A DNA stretch of 64,000 bases, from contig CAVSGO010000007.1 of NCBI GenBank assembly GCA_963727525.1, positions 1,344,001-1,408,000 of the forward strand, in the 5' to 3' direction. The notes under the pieces were generated by a model that was not told where the DNA came from, did not search any database, and was given only the letters and a program-made list of their open reading frames with translations. Every line of letters starts with the position of its first letter. The stretch's first letter is position 1. A program made the translations under genes and the position numbers. This document shows positions 24,565 to 33,675 of the stretch, one piece after another. The stretch is from an uncultured bacterium. Lineage in GTDB: Bacteria; Krumholzibacteriota; Krumholzibacteriia; LZORAL124-64-63.

Positions 24565-26928
24565 TCAATCGAGGCGCCAGTGTTCCGTCTGGATCTGCAG
24601 GACCTTCTTCAGCCCAGGCAAGTGATCGAGCCGGCAGTGTTCGAGCCGTGACAGCTCGGCCGGCGTGAGTGCGTCGAGACCCGCGAGTCGCCGCAACACC
24701 ATGCGCCCGGCGGCCTTGATGCCTGCCACGCTGTAGCCGCCCTCGAGCACCCAGGCGATGCGCCCGTCGCATACCTCGGCCGCGATGCGTCCGAGCAGGT
24801 CGGCGATCCAGCGGTAGCCCGCCTCGGTGAGCTGCAGTTCGCCGATGGGATCGTCACGGTGCAGGTCGAAACCACAGGATACGAGCAGGAACTGCGGACG
24901 GTATTGCTGCGCGATCGGCCGCAACAGCCCCCAGAGCAGGCGGGCGTACTCGTCGTCGCCCACGCGACGATCGATCGGCACGTTCACGCTGAACCCGCGT
25001 CCCGGCCCCTCGCCAACTTCGGTGGCGGCGCCGGTGAACGGGTAGGCACCATCGCGATGAATTGAGAAGTACAGCACGTCCGGCCGCTGCCAGAACGCGG
25101 CCTGTGTCCCGTTGCCATGGTGCGCGTCGACGTCGACGATCAGCACGCGCTGCAGGCCGTGATACGTGAGCAGGTGCTGAGCCCCGAGCGCGGCGTTGTT
25201 GAAGTAGCAGAACCCCATGGCCTTGTCGGGCTCGGCGTGGTGTCCGGGCGGCCGCACGAGCGCGAACCCGTGCCGGCCGCGGCCCGCCATGATCTCGTCG
25301 AGCAGATTCAGCAGACCGCCGACGGCGAACAGGGCGGTGTCCTGCACGCGCTCGCTGGCGAGGATCTCCTCGCCCTCGGGCACGGTGCGAGGGCCGAAGG
25401 TGCCGGCACAACGCTGCACGTGCTGGAGCGTGTGCACGCTCTGCAACTCTGCCACCGTGGCCTGGCGCACCGGCACCTTGCGCCAGCGACCCTCGAGTTC
25501 GGGATCGTCGAGGACCTCGAGGAGCGCCCGCAGACGCTTGCCGCTCTCGAACGAGAGGATCTTCTCGAGATGACCAGCGAAGCGATCGTCGATGACCAGG
25601 AGCAGTGGTGGCGTGTCGGGGGCCGAGCCTCGTTCGCGTACCAGGCCGTACTCGTGCGCGTACCGCAGCAGTTCCTCGCACCAGGGTACGCCCTGACCGC
25701 GTTCCACCAGCGCGGCCGCCGCCTCGCCGGCCCAGGGCAACGACCGCTTGGCCCGGAAACACTCCTCGAAGAAGAACGCGCCGGCCACGCGGCGCGACTC
25801 GGTATCCGGCCGCGGGAACGGGTCGCCGATCTCCGCCGCGATCAGGGCCCGTGCCTGGCGGCGCACGAGGAAGCTGATCTCGCGCTGCGTCGACTCGGGC
25901 AGCGAAGGCAGCCGGTTCGCCATCGCCACGATGTTGCGCAGGAAGTGGCCGCGCGGGTCCTCGAGCCGGTAGACGTAGGGCAAGGCATGCACGAACCCGA
26001 GCGACTCGTAGAAATTCACGGCGCCGGGCTCGGCGCGCGCCACGACATTGGCCAGCGTCGGTTCGTAGATCTTCCAGAGGAGCCACGCGCCCGCGAGGAG
26101 CATCGCTCCCGCCCCACGGTGCACCCACTCGCCCCTCACGGGATGGCCGTGGGGCCCGCCCTGCGAGGTGGCGAGGTACCGGATCTCCAGTTCCTGCGGC
26201 CCGGCGCCGGCCGTGAGGCCCACTTCCATCATGCCGGCCAGACGACCGTGTACGATGCAGGCGAAGAGGCGCCTGTGCTCGCCATGCCGCACGACGTCGA
26301 GCACGTGTCGCAGGTTGAAGAACTCCAGGTCGCGGTCGGCGATCTGCAGGAGGCAATCACGCGTCAACGGGAGTTGCACGAAGAGCGCCGAGGTGTCGAC
26401 CTCGACCACGCCCTTGAAGTAGACCGCGGCATGGGCCGGATTCCAGGGCAACGCATCCCCGGGAAAGTCGCCCCGCAGATCCTCGAGCAGGGTAAGGCAA
26501 GCGCTCGCTGTCTCGTCGAGCGGCTCCTGCGCGAGCTGAGCCTCGTAGTGAGCCGACTCCTCGTTGAGGCGGTAGTCGACCAGGTACGCCAGACCGGCGC
26601 GCCGTGCCTCGCGACGCTGACGGGACCGTTGCCAGCCAAAGTCGGGTGACGATTGCCGCCTCTGCTCGCGCAGCGTCCCGTAGGCCAGCAGGAGGCGCTC
26701 CACGAGGGCAGGGAGCCCCTGGTGCAGGTACTGATGCCGGCGCACGTGGATACTCTCGCCATTGAAGGCGAACGCGGGTTCCTGACCCGACCCCGACGCC
26801 ACGTCGTCATCGGGGGGCACCGGCGCGAGCAGACCCCAGGTGATCATCTCGGTCAACGTATGGGCCGCCTCGGCGTCGTGCCCGGCGATTTCGCCGATCG
26901 CCTGCTGCAATGCGTCACGGCCGATCAT
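24565..26928 (-). CDS. GNAT-like acetyltransferase domain fused to a Zn-dependent histone-deacetylase-family domain
   Basis: GNAT motifs HRGAGAMLL and GAVNFYESLGF; HDAC motifs RPPGHHA, GFCYFNN, DVDAHHGNGT, GFD...DP, LEGGY; ATGA overlap with the upstream gene. Confidence 0.88.
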   Translation of the reverse strand: MIGRDALQQAIGEIAGHDAEAAHTLTEMITWGLLAPVPPDDDVASGSGQEPAFAFNGESIHVRRHQYLHQGLPALVERLLLAYGTLREQRRQSSPDFGWQRSRQRREARRAGLAYLVDYRLNEESAHYEAQLAQEPLDETASACLTLLEDLRGDFPGDALPWNPAHAAVYFKGVVEVDTSALFVQLPLTRDCLLQIADRDLEFFNLRHVLDVVRHGEHRRLFACIVHGRLAGMMEVGLTAGAGPQELEIRYLATSQGGPHGHPVRGEWVHRGAGAMLLAGAWLLWKIYEPTLANVVARAEPGAVNFYESLGFVHALPYVYRLEDPRGHFLRNIVAMANRLPSLPESTQREISFLVRRQARALIAAEIGDPFPRPDTESRRVAGAFFFEECFRAKRSLPWAGEAAAALVERGQGVPWCEELLRYAHEYGLVRERGSAPDTPPLLLVIDDRFAGHLEKILSFESGKRLRALLEVLDDPELEGRWRKVPVRQATVAELQSVHTLQHVQRCAGTFGPRTVPEGEEILASERVQDTALFAVGGLLNLLDEIMAGRGRHGFALVRPPGHHAEPDKAMGFCYFNNAALGAQHLLTYHGLQRVLIVDVDAHHGNGTQAAFWQRPDVLYFSIHRDGAYPFTGAATEVGEGPGRGFSVNVPIDRRVGDDEYARLLWGLLRPIAQQYRPQFLLVSCGFDLHRDDPIGELQLTEAGYRWIADLLGRIAAEVCDGRIAWVLEGGYSVAGIKAAGRMVLRRLAGLDALTPAELSRLEHCRLDHLPGLKKVLQIQTEHWRLD

Positions 26929-27935
26929 GATGTCCAGAGCGTCTGCAGGTCGGGCCAGAGCTTCCAGAAGGTGAGGGCCACCACCACCAGACTGTAGGCC
27001 GGCACCACGAGGCGCCAGACACGTTCCGGGAACACCCGCGTGATATACGGGGCGATCACCGCCGAGAACGTCGTGGCTAGCATGATGCTCGGCAACAGCA
27101 CGTAGTCGGCCGGCACGCCGCTGGCTCCCATCAGCAACCATGCGATCGCCGCCAAGCCGCACACCACGCCCTCGGAGAGGGCCGTCACCGCGAGCATGCT
27201 CTTCACCGGCACGCCGGATAGCAGGCCGCCGACGGTGACCACCGGCCCGTAGCCGCCGCCGCCCACGCCCTTGTTGAAACCTGCCAGCGCCGCAAAGACG
27301 ATCATGCGATTGGGCCGGTACGGCCGCTCGTGGCGCGACTGCTTGAGCGAGATCAGACCCATCGCCAGCAGCAGAATAGCCACGTAGAGCTTGATCCACA
27401 GGCGATTCACCTCGAATACGCCGTAAATCCCGATCGTCGCTGCGAGCACGAAGACCGTGCCGACGCCGGCGATGATCAGGCACAGCCGCACCGTCTCGCT
27501 CATCGGCCGGAACTTCCACTCGACATTCTGGAACTCGCGATGCAGGAAGGCGCCGATCAGGCCGGCGAAGGACTGCTGGATCAGCACGGCCGGGACGATC
27601 TGGAGGGGATCGAAGCCCATCACCAGGAGCACCGGCGTGAGCGCCGTACCGAACCCCATGCCCGCAGCCGCGTCCATGAACTCGAAGACGAGCGCCAGGA
27701 CCACGACGCCCCAGATGATGCCCCATTCGCGGGTGCCGGCCCACCCGTATTCCGCCATCAGTGGATTACCTGGCAGGCGCGAGCTGTGGGAGGCCAGCCA
27801 GCACCCACCCAGAAAGACCAGAAAGAAGAGAACGACGCTCGCGAGCGCGGCACGCACCTGCCGCCACTCCGGCACGATGCGCTGCCAGACCGAACCCTTC
27901 TCGCGTTCGAGATCGCGCGCGACTTCCCAGCCCAT
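26925..27935 (-). CDS. TauE/SafE sulfite-exporter-family membrane protein
   Basis: FMDAAAGMGFGT, GFNKGVGGGGYGPVV; start could be 27992 instead. Confidence 0.85.
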   Translation of the reverse strand: MGWEVARDLEREKGSVWQRIVPEWRQVRAALASVVLFFLVFLGGCWLASHSSRLPGNPLMAEYGWAGTREWGIIWGVVVLALVFEFMDAAAGMGFGTALTPVLLVMGFDPLQIVPAVLIQQSFAGLIGAFLHREFQNVEWKFRPMSETVRLCLIIAGVGTVFVLAATIGIYGVFEVNRLWIKLYVAILLLAMGLISLKQSRHERPYRPNRMIVFAALAGFNKGVGGGGYGPVVTVGGLLSGVPVKSMLAVTALSEGVVCGLAAIAWLLMGASGVPADYVLLPSIMLATTFSAVIAPYITRVFPERVWRLVVPAYSLVVVALTFWKLWPDLQTLWTS

Positions 27936-28124
27936 GCGTCGCTCGGGTTTGCGATCCACGGACGCCTCCCCTAGATATTCTCGCCTTGCCACTGGACACG
28001 TGGCGGGAATAATAGCCGAAGTCGCCCCTTTCGGCCCAGTCCTGACATCACGCCGTCCCGAGGTTGACCCGATGCCGGTGCCGATCCATCCCCTGTCCCC
28101 TCTCCGGCTCGCCCGCGCGGTCTC

Positions 28125-28961
28125 GTGGTGGCCGGTATTCCGATCCTACAGACGCTGGACCTGGTGATCGGCGCGCTCGTCCTGCTGTTCTTCCTGATCA
28201 GCGCCTTGATCGAGGACGGCGACGTGTCGGGTGCCCTGGTCGGCGCCATGGGCGTGATGGGGATCATGTTCGTGGTCGGCGCCACGATCGAGGTGATCAT
28301 CGAGGCTCTGCGCGATTTGCCCGGCCTGGGCACGGTGATCGGGTTCATCACGAACGGACCGGAGGCGTTGTGCCTGATCGTCGGCCTGGCCGCCGGCGAC
28401 GTGCTCTTCGCCGCGAGCACGCCCCTCGGCTCGAACTTCATGAATCCGCTGCTGCTCTTGGTGGCGGGGCTGATCACCGGCAGCACGGCACTGATCTTCC
28501 GCCAGCACCGAGCCACGACCCTGATCACCCTGGGCGTGACCGCCATCCTGGCCGGCAGCTTCTTCCTCATCCCCCCGGCGATCTACCCCTGGTGGCTGGC
28601 GGCGACGGTGGCGGTGAGCGTCGTGCTCTTCCTGCGCCGGCCGCCCGAACCGTCCGAGACGGTGGACACCGCCGGACAGATGCCGCGCTGGGCGGTGTTG
28701 CCGGCCGCGCTCCTGCTGGTGGTGGCGGGATATTTCCTCGACCCGGTCGTCGGCTACGCCGCCGCGGCGTCGCACGCGCCCAAGGGCGTGATCGGCTTCT
28801 TCGTGCTGGCGACACTGACGAGCTGGCCGGAGTTCAAGTCCTGCCTGACGCTGCTGCGCCGCGGACGGCCGCTGGCCTCGGTGCTCAACATCACGGTCTC
28901 GAACATCACGAACCTCTGGCTCGCGAGCATCGGCGTGATCATTCACCTGCTCACCCGCTAG
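28125..28961 (+). CDS. Sodium/calcium exchanger (CaCA) family membrane protein
   Basis: Two alpha repeats: TNGPE...GSNFMN and TSWPE...VSNITN. Confidence 0.8.
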   Translation: MVAGIPILQTLDLVIGALVLLFFLISALIEDGDVSGALVGAMGVMGIMFVVGATIEVIIEALRDLPGLGTVIGFITNGPEALCLIVGLAAGDVLFAASTPLGSNFMNPLLLLVAGLITGSTALIFRQHRATTLITLGVTAILAGSFFLIPPAIYPWWLAATVAVSVVLFLRRPPEPSETVDTAGQMPRWAVLPAALLLVVAGYFLDPVVGYAAAASHAPKGVIGFFVLATLTSWPEFKSCLTLLRRGRPLASVLNITVSNITNLWLASIGVIIHLLTR

Positions 28962-28967
28962 CGGGAA

Positions 28968-29558
28968 TCAGTCGGCGTCCAGGGCGGCCTCGATACGTTG
29001 ATGCAGCTCCGGATCGTCCGGCGTCGTCTTCGGGCCGAAACGGGCCACCACGTGTCCTTGCCGGTCCACGAGATATTTCGTGAAGTTCCAGCTCGGCTCG
29101 TCCAGCGCCTGGGTGAGGTACCGGAACACGTTGGAGCGCTTCTCGCCCTTCACGTGATCCTTCCACATCAGCGGGAAGGTGATGTGGTACGTCGTGTCGC
29201 AGAACGTGCGGATCTCGTCAGGCGTGCCCGGCTCCTGATTCATGAAGTCGTTGCTGGGAAAGGCAAGGATCACGAAGCCTCGCGGTGCCAGCTCCTGGTA
29301 CAACTTCTCCAGTCCCTCGTACTGCGGGGTGAAGCCGCATTTGCTGGCGGTGTTGACCACCAGCATCACCTTGCCCGCGTACTTGTCGAGATTCACGGGG
29401 TGTCCGTCGATCGCGCGCGCGACCATGCCGTACAGCGTGCCCGGGACCTCGCGCGACGGCTCCTGCACGTCCGCAGCGAGGGCGCTGGCGACACGCAGCG
29501 CCACGAATGTGCCCGCGATCACGACGGCCACGGCCAGTGTGATGACGACGGTCTTCAT
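28968..29558 (-). CDS. Cys-type glutathione peroxidase-family protein with N-terminal signal/anchor
   Basis: NTASKCGFTPQY, FPSNDF..QEPG, WNFTKYL. Confidence 0.95.
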   Translation of the reverse strand: MKTVVITLAVAVVIAGTFVALRVASALAADVQEPSREVPGTLYGMVARAIDGHPVNLDKYAGKVMLVVNTASKCGFTPQYEGLEKLYQELAPRGFVILAFPSNDFMNQEPGTPDEIRTFCDTTYHITFPLMWKDHVKGEKRSNVFRYLTQALDEPSWNFTKYLVDRQGHVVARFGPKTTPDDPELHQRIEAALDAD

Positions 29559-29659
29559 GCTGACCTCCTCGTTGGCTGGTTCCCATGCCTATGATAGGAC
29601 GGAACGGCCACCGGGCCAGAATGCCCGGCCACCATACCGCGGCCGTCGTCTCACCACCG

Positions 29660-31207
29660 CTAGAGCAGCCGCGCCAGCGCGTCCCTGCGCACCTTGCCGG
29701 CCGCGCTGCGCGGTAGATTCGCCAGGAAGTGCACACCCCGCGGAATCTTGTACATGGCGAGGTTCTCGCGGCAGTGAGCGAGTACGCGCTCGGCCGGCAG
29801 CGCAGCGCCGGGAATGGGCACGACGAAGGCCTCGACCGCCTCGCCGAGCAACTCGTCCGGCACGCCGATCACGCTGATCTCCGCCACCTCGGGCAGTTCG
29901 GCGATCACGTCCTCGATCTCGCGCGGGCTCACCCGATTGGCACCGACCTTGATCATATTCTTGATGCGATCGACCAGGAAGATGTAGCCCTCGGCGTCCT
30001 TACGTCCGAGATCGCCGGTGTGCAGACCGTCGCGGTCGAGAACGAGGGCCGTCTCGGCCGGGTCGTTCCAGTAGCCCTGCATGATGTTGTCGCCCGTGGC
30101 CACGACCTCGCCCACCTCGTCCACGCCGCACTCACGCCCGCCCTCGCCACGGATGATGAGCTGCACGCCGGGGATCGGCAGCCCGATGCTCCCGAGCTTG
30201 TCGGACAGCCGCTCGGGGGGCACGTAGCTGAGGCGCGCGCTGGCTTCCGTCTGGCCATACATCACGAAGAGTCGCACGTGCGCCGGCAGCGCCTCGAGCA
30301 GGCGTCGCTTCAACGGCACCGTCATGCCACCACCGGCCTGGGTGAGGTAACGCAGATCGGGCCACGGCCGCCGCAGGAAATCGGTGCGTGCCGCCAGGAT
30401 GGCGTAGGTCGAAGGCACGCCGGAGAACCCGCTCACCTTGCTGCTCGCAATGGCATCGACCACCGCGGCCGGATAGGCGAAGCGGTTGTCCACGACGATC
30501 CGCCCGCCCACGGCCACGTGGGTCAGCAACAGGGAGTTGCCGAAACTGTAGTGGAAGGGCAGCACACAGAGCACGCTGTCGCGAGCCGTCAGCTCCAGGT
30601 AGGCCAGGATCTGCTGCGTATTGGCGACGAGGTTGCCGTGCGTGAGAGTCACGCCGCGGGGCCGTCCCGTGGAACCGCTCGTGTAGAGGATGGCCGCGAG
30701 ATCGTCGGGGCCGCACCGCGGCGCCGGACACGCGTCGCTGCACGCGGCCAGCTCGGCCGGTCCCAGCAGTGTCACGGACTCGGGCAGATCCCATGCGGGA
30801 TTGAATCGATCCAGCAGCACGAAACGGAGGTTCGGCGCGCCCTGGATCAGGGCCGGCAGATCCCGCCGCACCTGGGCAGCCACGGTGACCAGCCCCACGG
30901 CACCGCTGTCCTGCAGGAGTTCGGCCGTCGTGCGCGCCTTGTTCGCGCTGTTGAGGGCCACGCAGCAGGCCCCGGCCTTCAGGATGCCGAAGAAACCCTC
31001 GACGTAGGCGCGGCCGTTCTCCGCGAGCAGCCCGACCCGATCGCCGCGATCCACGCCCTGCGCGAGCAGGCGGTTGGCGACGCGGTTGGCACTCGCATCC
31101 AGGTCACCGTACGTGAGATGGGTATCGCCGTGCTCGAAGGCGACGACGCCGGACGCCGAACCGGCACTCGTCTCCAGCAGTTCCGCGACCGTGCGGGGGG
31201 ACGACAT
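29660..31207 (-). CDS. AMP-binding acyl-CoA/acyl-ACP ligase
   Basis: YTSGSTGRPRG, MYGQTE, TGDLG, PRSAAGK. Confidence 0.93.
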   Translation of the reverse strand: MSSPRTVAELLETSAGSASGVVAFEHGDTHLTYGDLDASANRVANRLLAQGVDRGDRVGLLAENGRAYVEGFFGILKAGACCVALNSANKARTTAELLQDSGAVGLVTVAAQVRRDLPALIQGAPNLRFVLLDRFNPAWDLPESVTLLGPAELAACSDACPAPRCGPDDLAAILYTSGSTGRPRGVTLTHGNLVANTQQILAYLELTARDSVLCVLPFHYSFGNSLLLTHVAVGGRIVVDNRFAYPAAVVDAIASSKVSGFSGVPSTYAILAARTDFLRRPWPDLRYLTQAGGGMTVPLKRRLLEALPAHVRLFVMYGQTEASARLSYVPPERLSDKLGSIGLPIPGVQLIIRGEGGRECGVDEVGEVVATGDNIMQGYWNDPAETALVLDRDGLHTGDLGRKDAEGYIFLVDRIKNMIKVGANRVSPREIEDVIAELPEVAEISVIGVPDELLGEAVEAFVVPIPGAALPAERVLAHCRENLAMYKIPRGVHFLANLPRSAAGKVRRDALARLL

Positions 31208-31215
31208 GAGTCCAC

Positions 31216-31467
31216 CTACGCCGCGGCCTGCTTGCGCGTGACGAAGTTCACGAGGTTGTCCACCGAGTCCAGGTTCTCCGGCACCAGTTCCTCGTCGGCC
31301 ACCTGGACACCGTGGTCCTTCTCCAGGAACGCCACCAGCTCCATCACGCCCACCGAATCGATGATGCCGCTGTCCAGCAGCGACATGGTGTCGTTCTGCA
31401 TCGGGGCGCCGTCACCGAAGAGGAAGTTCTCGATGATGTAGGCTCGAATACTCTCACGCATGTCCAT
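31216..31467 (-). CDS. Acyl carrier protein
   Basis: GIIDSVGVMELV phosphopantetheine site, PENLDSV. Confidence 0.92.
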   Translation of the reverse strand: MDMRESIRAYIIENFLFGDGAPMQNDTMSLLDSGIIDSVGVMELVAFLEKDHGVQVADEELVPENLDSVDNLVNFVTRKQAAA

Positions 31468-33505
31468 GGGGCTCCTCGCAGGGGGTCGGATTGCGCCAGG
31501 CGAGCGCCATCGGCGCCAGGGCGGCGTCATCAATCCGGTGATGGTAATCGGCACCGAAGAGGTCGGCAAGAATCTGGCCCGTGAGCACGCCGACGAAACC
31601 CATCGTCTCGCGCGCGCTGGTCAAGCGACCGGCCTCCCACTTGCGCAGGAGACTGGCCACACGGGTCGGCTCCCACAGGCCCGCCCCGGCCACAGTGGCC
31701 GGCGCGAGTCGCTCCTTCACGAGCCGGCGCCCCGCATCGCTGCCGAGGCACGCGAGGTCGGGCGCCCGGTACGGCAGCTTGGGACGGCGGACTATGGCCG
31801 GCGGCAGGAGATCGGCGACGGCGGCGCGCAGGATATCCTTCTCGGCCAGACACGGGAGTTTCACGCTGGCGGGCAGCGAGCCGGCCAGCTCGGCCACGTG
31901 CACGTCGAGAAAGGGGAATCGCCCCTCCACCGAGTTGCCCATGAGCATGCGGTCACCCTGGCTGCTGAGCAGGTAGCCGGCCAGAAATGTCGTCATCTCC
32001 AGGTACTGGGCGCGCGCGAGCGGTCCCCAGCCGGCGAACCCGGCCGGCAACCCGGCCGCAAGCCGCGCCTCGGGCGCGCTCGCATGGAACCTGGCCACGG
32101 CGTCCTCCGCGAGGAAGGTGGTCATCATGCCCGTGTTGTGCCAGCGCGGACGATGACTGAAGAAGGGCTCGTCGGGGTCGTCGAGGCCATGGCCGTAGAA
32201 CTGGCTGAGGATCTGCGGCGACGATTGCGCGAGGTAGGGGTAGAGGCGCGTCAGCAGCCGCGCGCGCGCCTGCGAGCGCGGATCGCGGGCCCAGAATCGG
32301 CGCACCTTCGTCTCGCGAAAGATGTTGTAGCCGGCGAAGACCTCGTCGGCCCCCTCGCCGGTAAGGACGACCTTGTAGCCCGCATCGTGCACGAGCTGCG
32401 AAAGTACGTGCAGGGGCGCCGGCGCCGTGCGCAGGATCGGCATCTCCGCGTGCCAGACCACGTCGACCAGACGCTCCGCGATGGCATCGCCGTCCACGCG
32501 CACGGAACGGTGGTCCGTTCCCAGATGCGCGGACATCGCGTGTTGCCACGGGCTCTCGTCGAAATCGCCGTCGACGAAGCCGACGGAGAACGTCTCGAGT
32601 CGCCGATCGGTGGTGCTGTGAATGAGCGCGGCGGTGGCGGAGCTGTCGAGCCCGCCCGAGAGATAGGCACCCACCGGCACGTCGGCGCGCAGACGAATCA
32701 CCGACGCCGCCTCCAGCGCGTCGCGCACCTGCCGCGCCATGGCGGCCCGCTCGACGCGATCCACGAAGCGACGATCCTCGTCCGCAGGCAGGAAGTCCGG
32801 CGTCCAGTAGCGCCGCACAGCGAGGCAGGCCGGCAACGGCGCCGGACCGGCCGTGGTCTCGGGATCTGTCCCCCGGCAGGTCGCCACATGGCCCGGCGGC
32901 AGCTGGGCCACGCCGGAGAAGACCGATGCAGGCGGCAGCGTCACCCAGTACGTGAAGACCTCGGCGAGTCGCGCCGGATCGAGCGTCCGCGCCAGGCCCG
33001 GCCAGGCGAGGATCGCCTTGACCTCGGAGCCGAAGAGGAGCACGTCGCCGTGTCGGGCCACGAACAGCGGCCTGATGCCGAAGCGGTCGCGCGCGAGGAA
33101 GAGGCACCGTTCCCGGCGGTCCCAGATGGCACAGGCGAACTGGCCGTTGAATCGATCGACGCAGCCCTCGCCCCATTCGGCGAAGGCCTGCACCAGCACC
33201 TCGGTGTCGCTGCGCGTGCGGAACACGCGGCCACGCGCGGCCAGCTCGTCGCGCAGCTCCGGGTAATTGAAGATCTCGCCGTTGAACGTCACCCAGTAGC
33301 GCTCGTCGGGCGTGCTCAGAGGCTGCTGGCCCCCAGCCAGGTCGATGATGCTCAGGCGGGCGTGACCGAGAAACGTCGTGTCGTCTCGCCAGGCCCCGAA
33401 CTCGTCGGGACCACGGTGACGCATCGCCCCGATCATCCGCTCGGGGGTGCCGGGCGCAAGCTCGAGGCGGCCACGCAGGGCCATCGCACCACAAATGCCA
33501 CACAT
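31454..33505 (-). CDS. asnB: Asparagine synthase (glutamine-hydrolysing)-family amidotransferase
   Basis: N-terminal MCGI, HRGPD, NGEIFN, LSGGLDSS, GEGADE, EGRFPFLD. Confidence 0.93.
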   Translation of the reverse strand: MCGICGAMALRGRLELAPGTPERMIGAMRHRGPDEFGAWRDDTTFLGHARLSIIDLAGGQQPLSTPDERYWVTFNGEIFNYPELRDELAARGRVFRTRSDTEVLVQAFAEWGEGCVDRFNGQFACAIWDRRERCLFLARDRFGIRPLFVARHGDVLLFGSEVKAILAWPGLARTLDPARLAEVFTYWVTLPPASVFSGVAQLPPGHVATCRGTDPETTAGPAPLPACLAVRRYWTPDFLPADEDRRFVDRVERAAMARQVRDALEAASVIRLRADVPVGAYLSGGLDSSATAALIHSTTDRRLETFSVGFVDGDFDESPWQHAMSAHLGTDHRSVRVDGDAIAERLVDVVWHAEMPILRTAPAPLHVLSQLVHDAGYKVVLTGEGADEVFAGYNIFRETKVRRFWARDPRSQARARLLTRLYPYLAQSSPQILSQFYGHGLDDPDEPFFSHRPRWHNTGMMTTFLAEDAVARFHASAPEARLAAGLPAGFAGWGPLARAQYLEMTTFLAGYLLSSQGDRMLMGNSVEGRFPFLDVHVAELAGSLPASVKLPCLAEKDILRAAVADLLPPAIVRRPKLPYRAPDLACLGSDAGRRLVKERLAPATVAGAGLWEPTRVASLLRKWEAGRLTSARETMGFVGVLTGQILADLFGADYHHRIDDAALAPMALAWRNPTPCEEPHGHA

Positions 33506-33675
33506 ACAGTTTCGCGCCTCCGGCGTCGTCGGGGTCGATTCACGATATCGGCAATCCAGGGGGCATCTGAAGCCCGGCCCGGGTGACGGATTCCGGCGTG
33601 TGTCGCGGGGAATCGTGGTCTATGCTAGAGGGATCCTGCTCGTCACCGTCGGACCAAGCCTCGGAGGTGAATCCC

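Noticed and set aside
26929-27744. N-terminal extension of the 1059-aa ORF in the track
   Set aside because: It is an alternate frame of the TauE gene; the ATGA-coupled start at 26928 is more plausible
28968-29558. Selenocysteine glutathione peroxidase
   Set aside because: The active-site codon encodes Cys and there is no in-frame TGA
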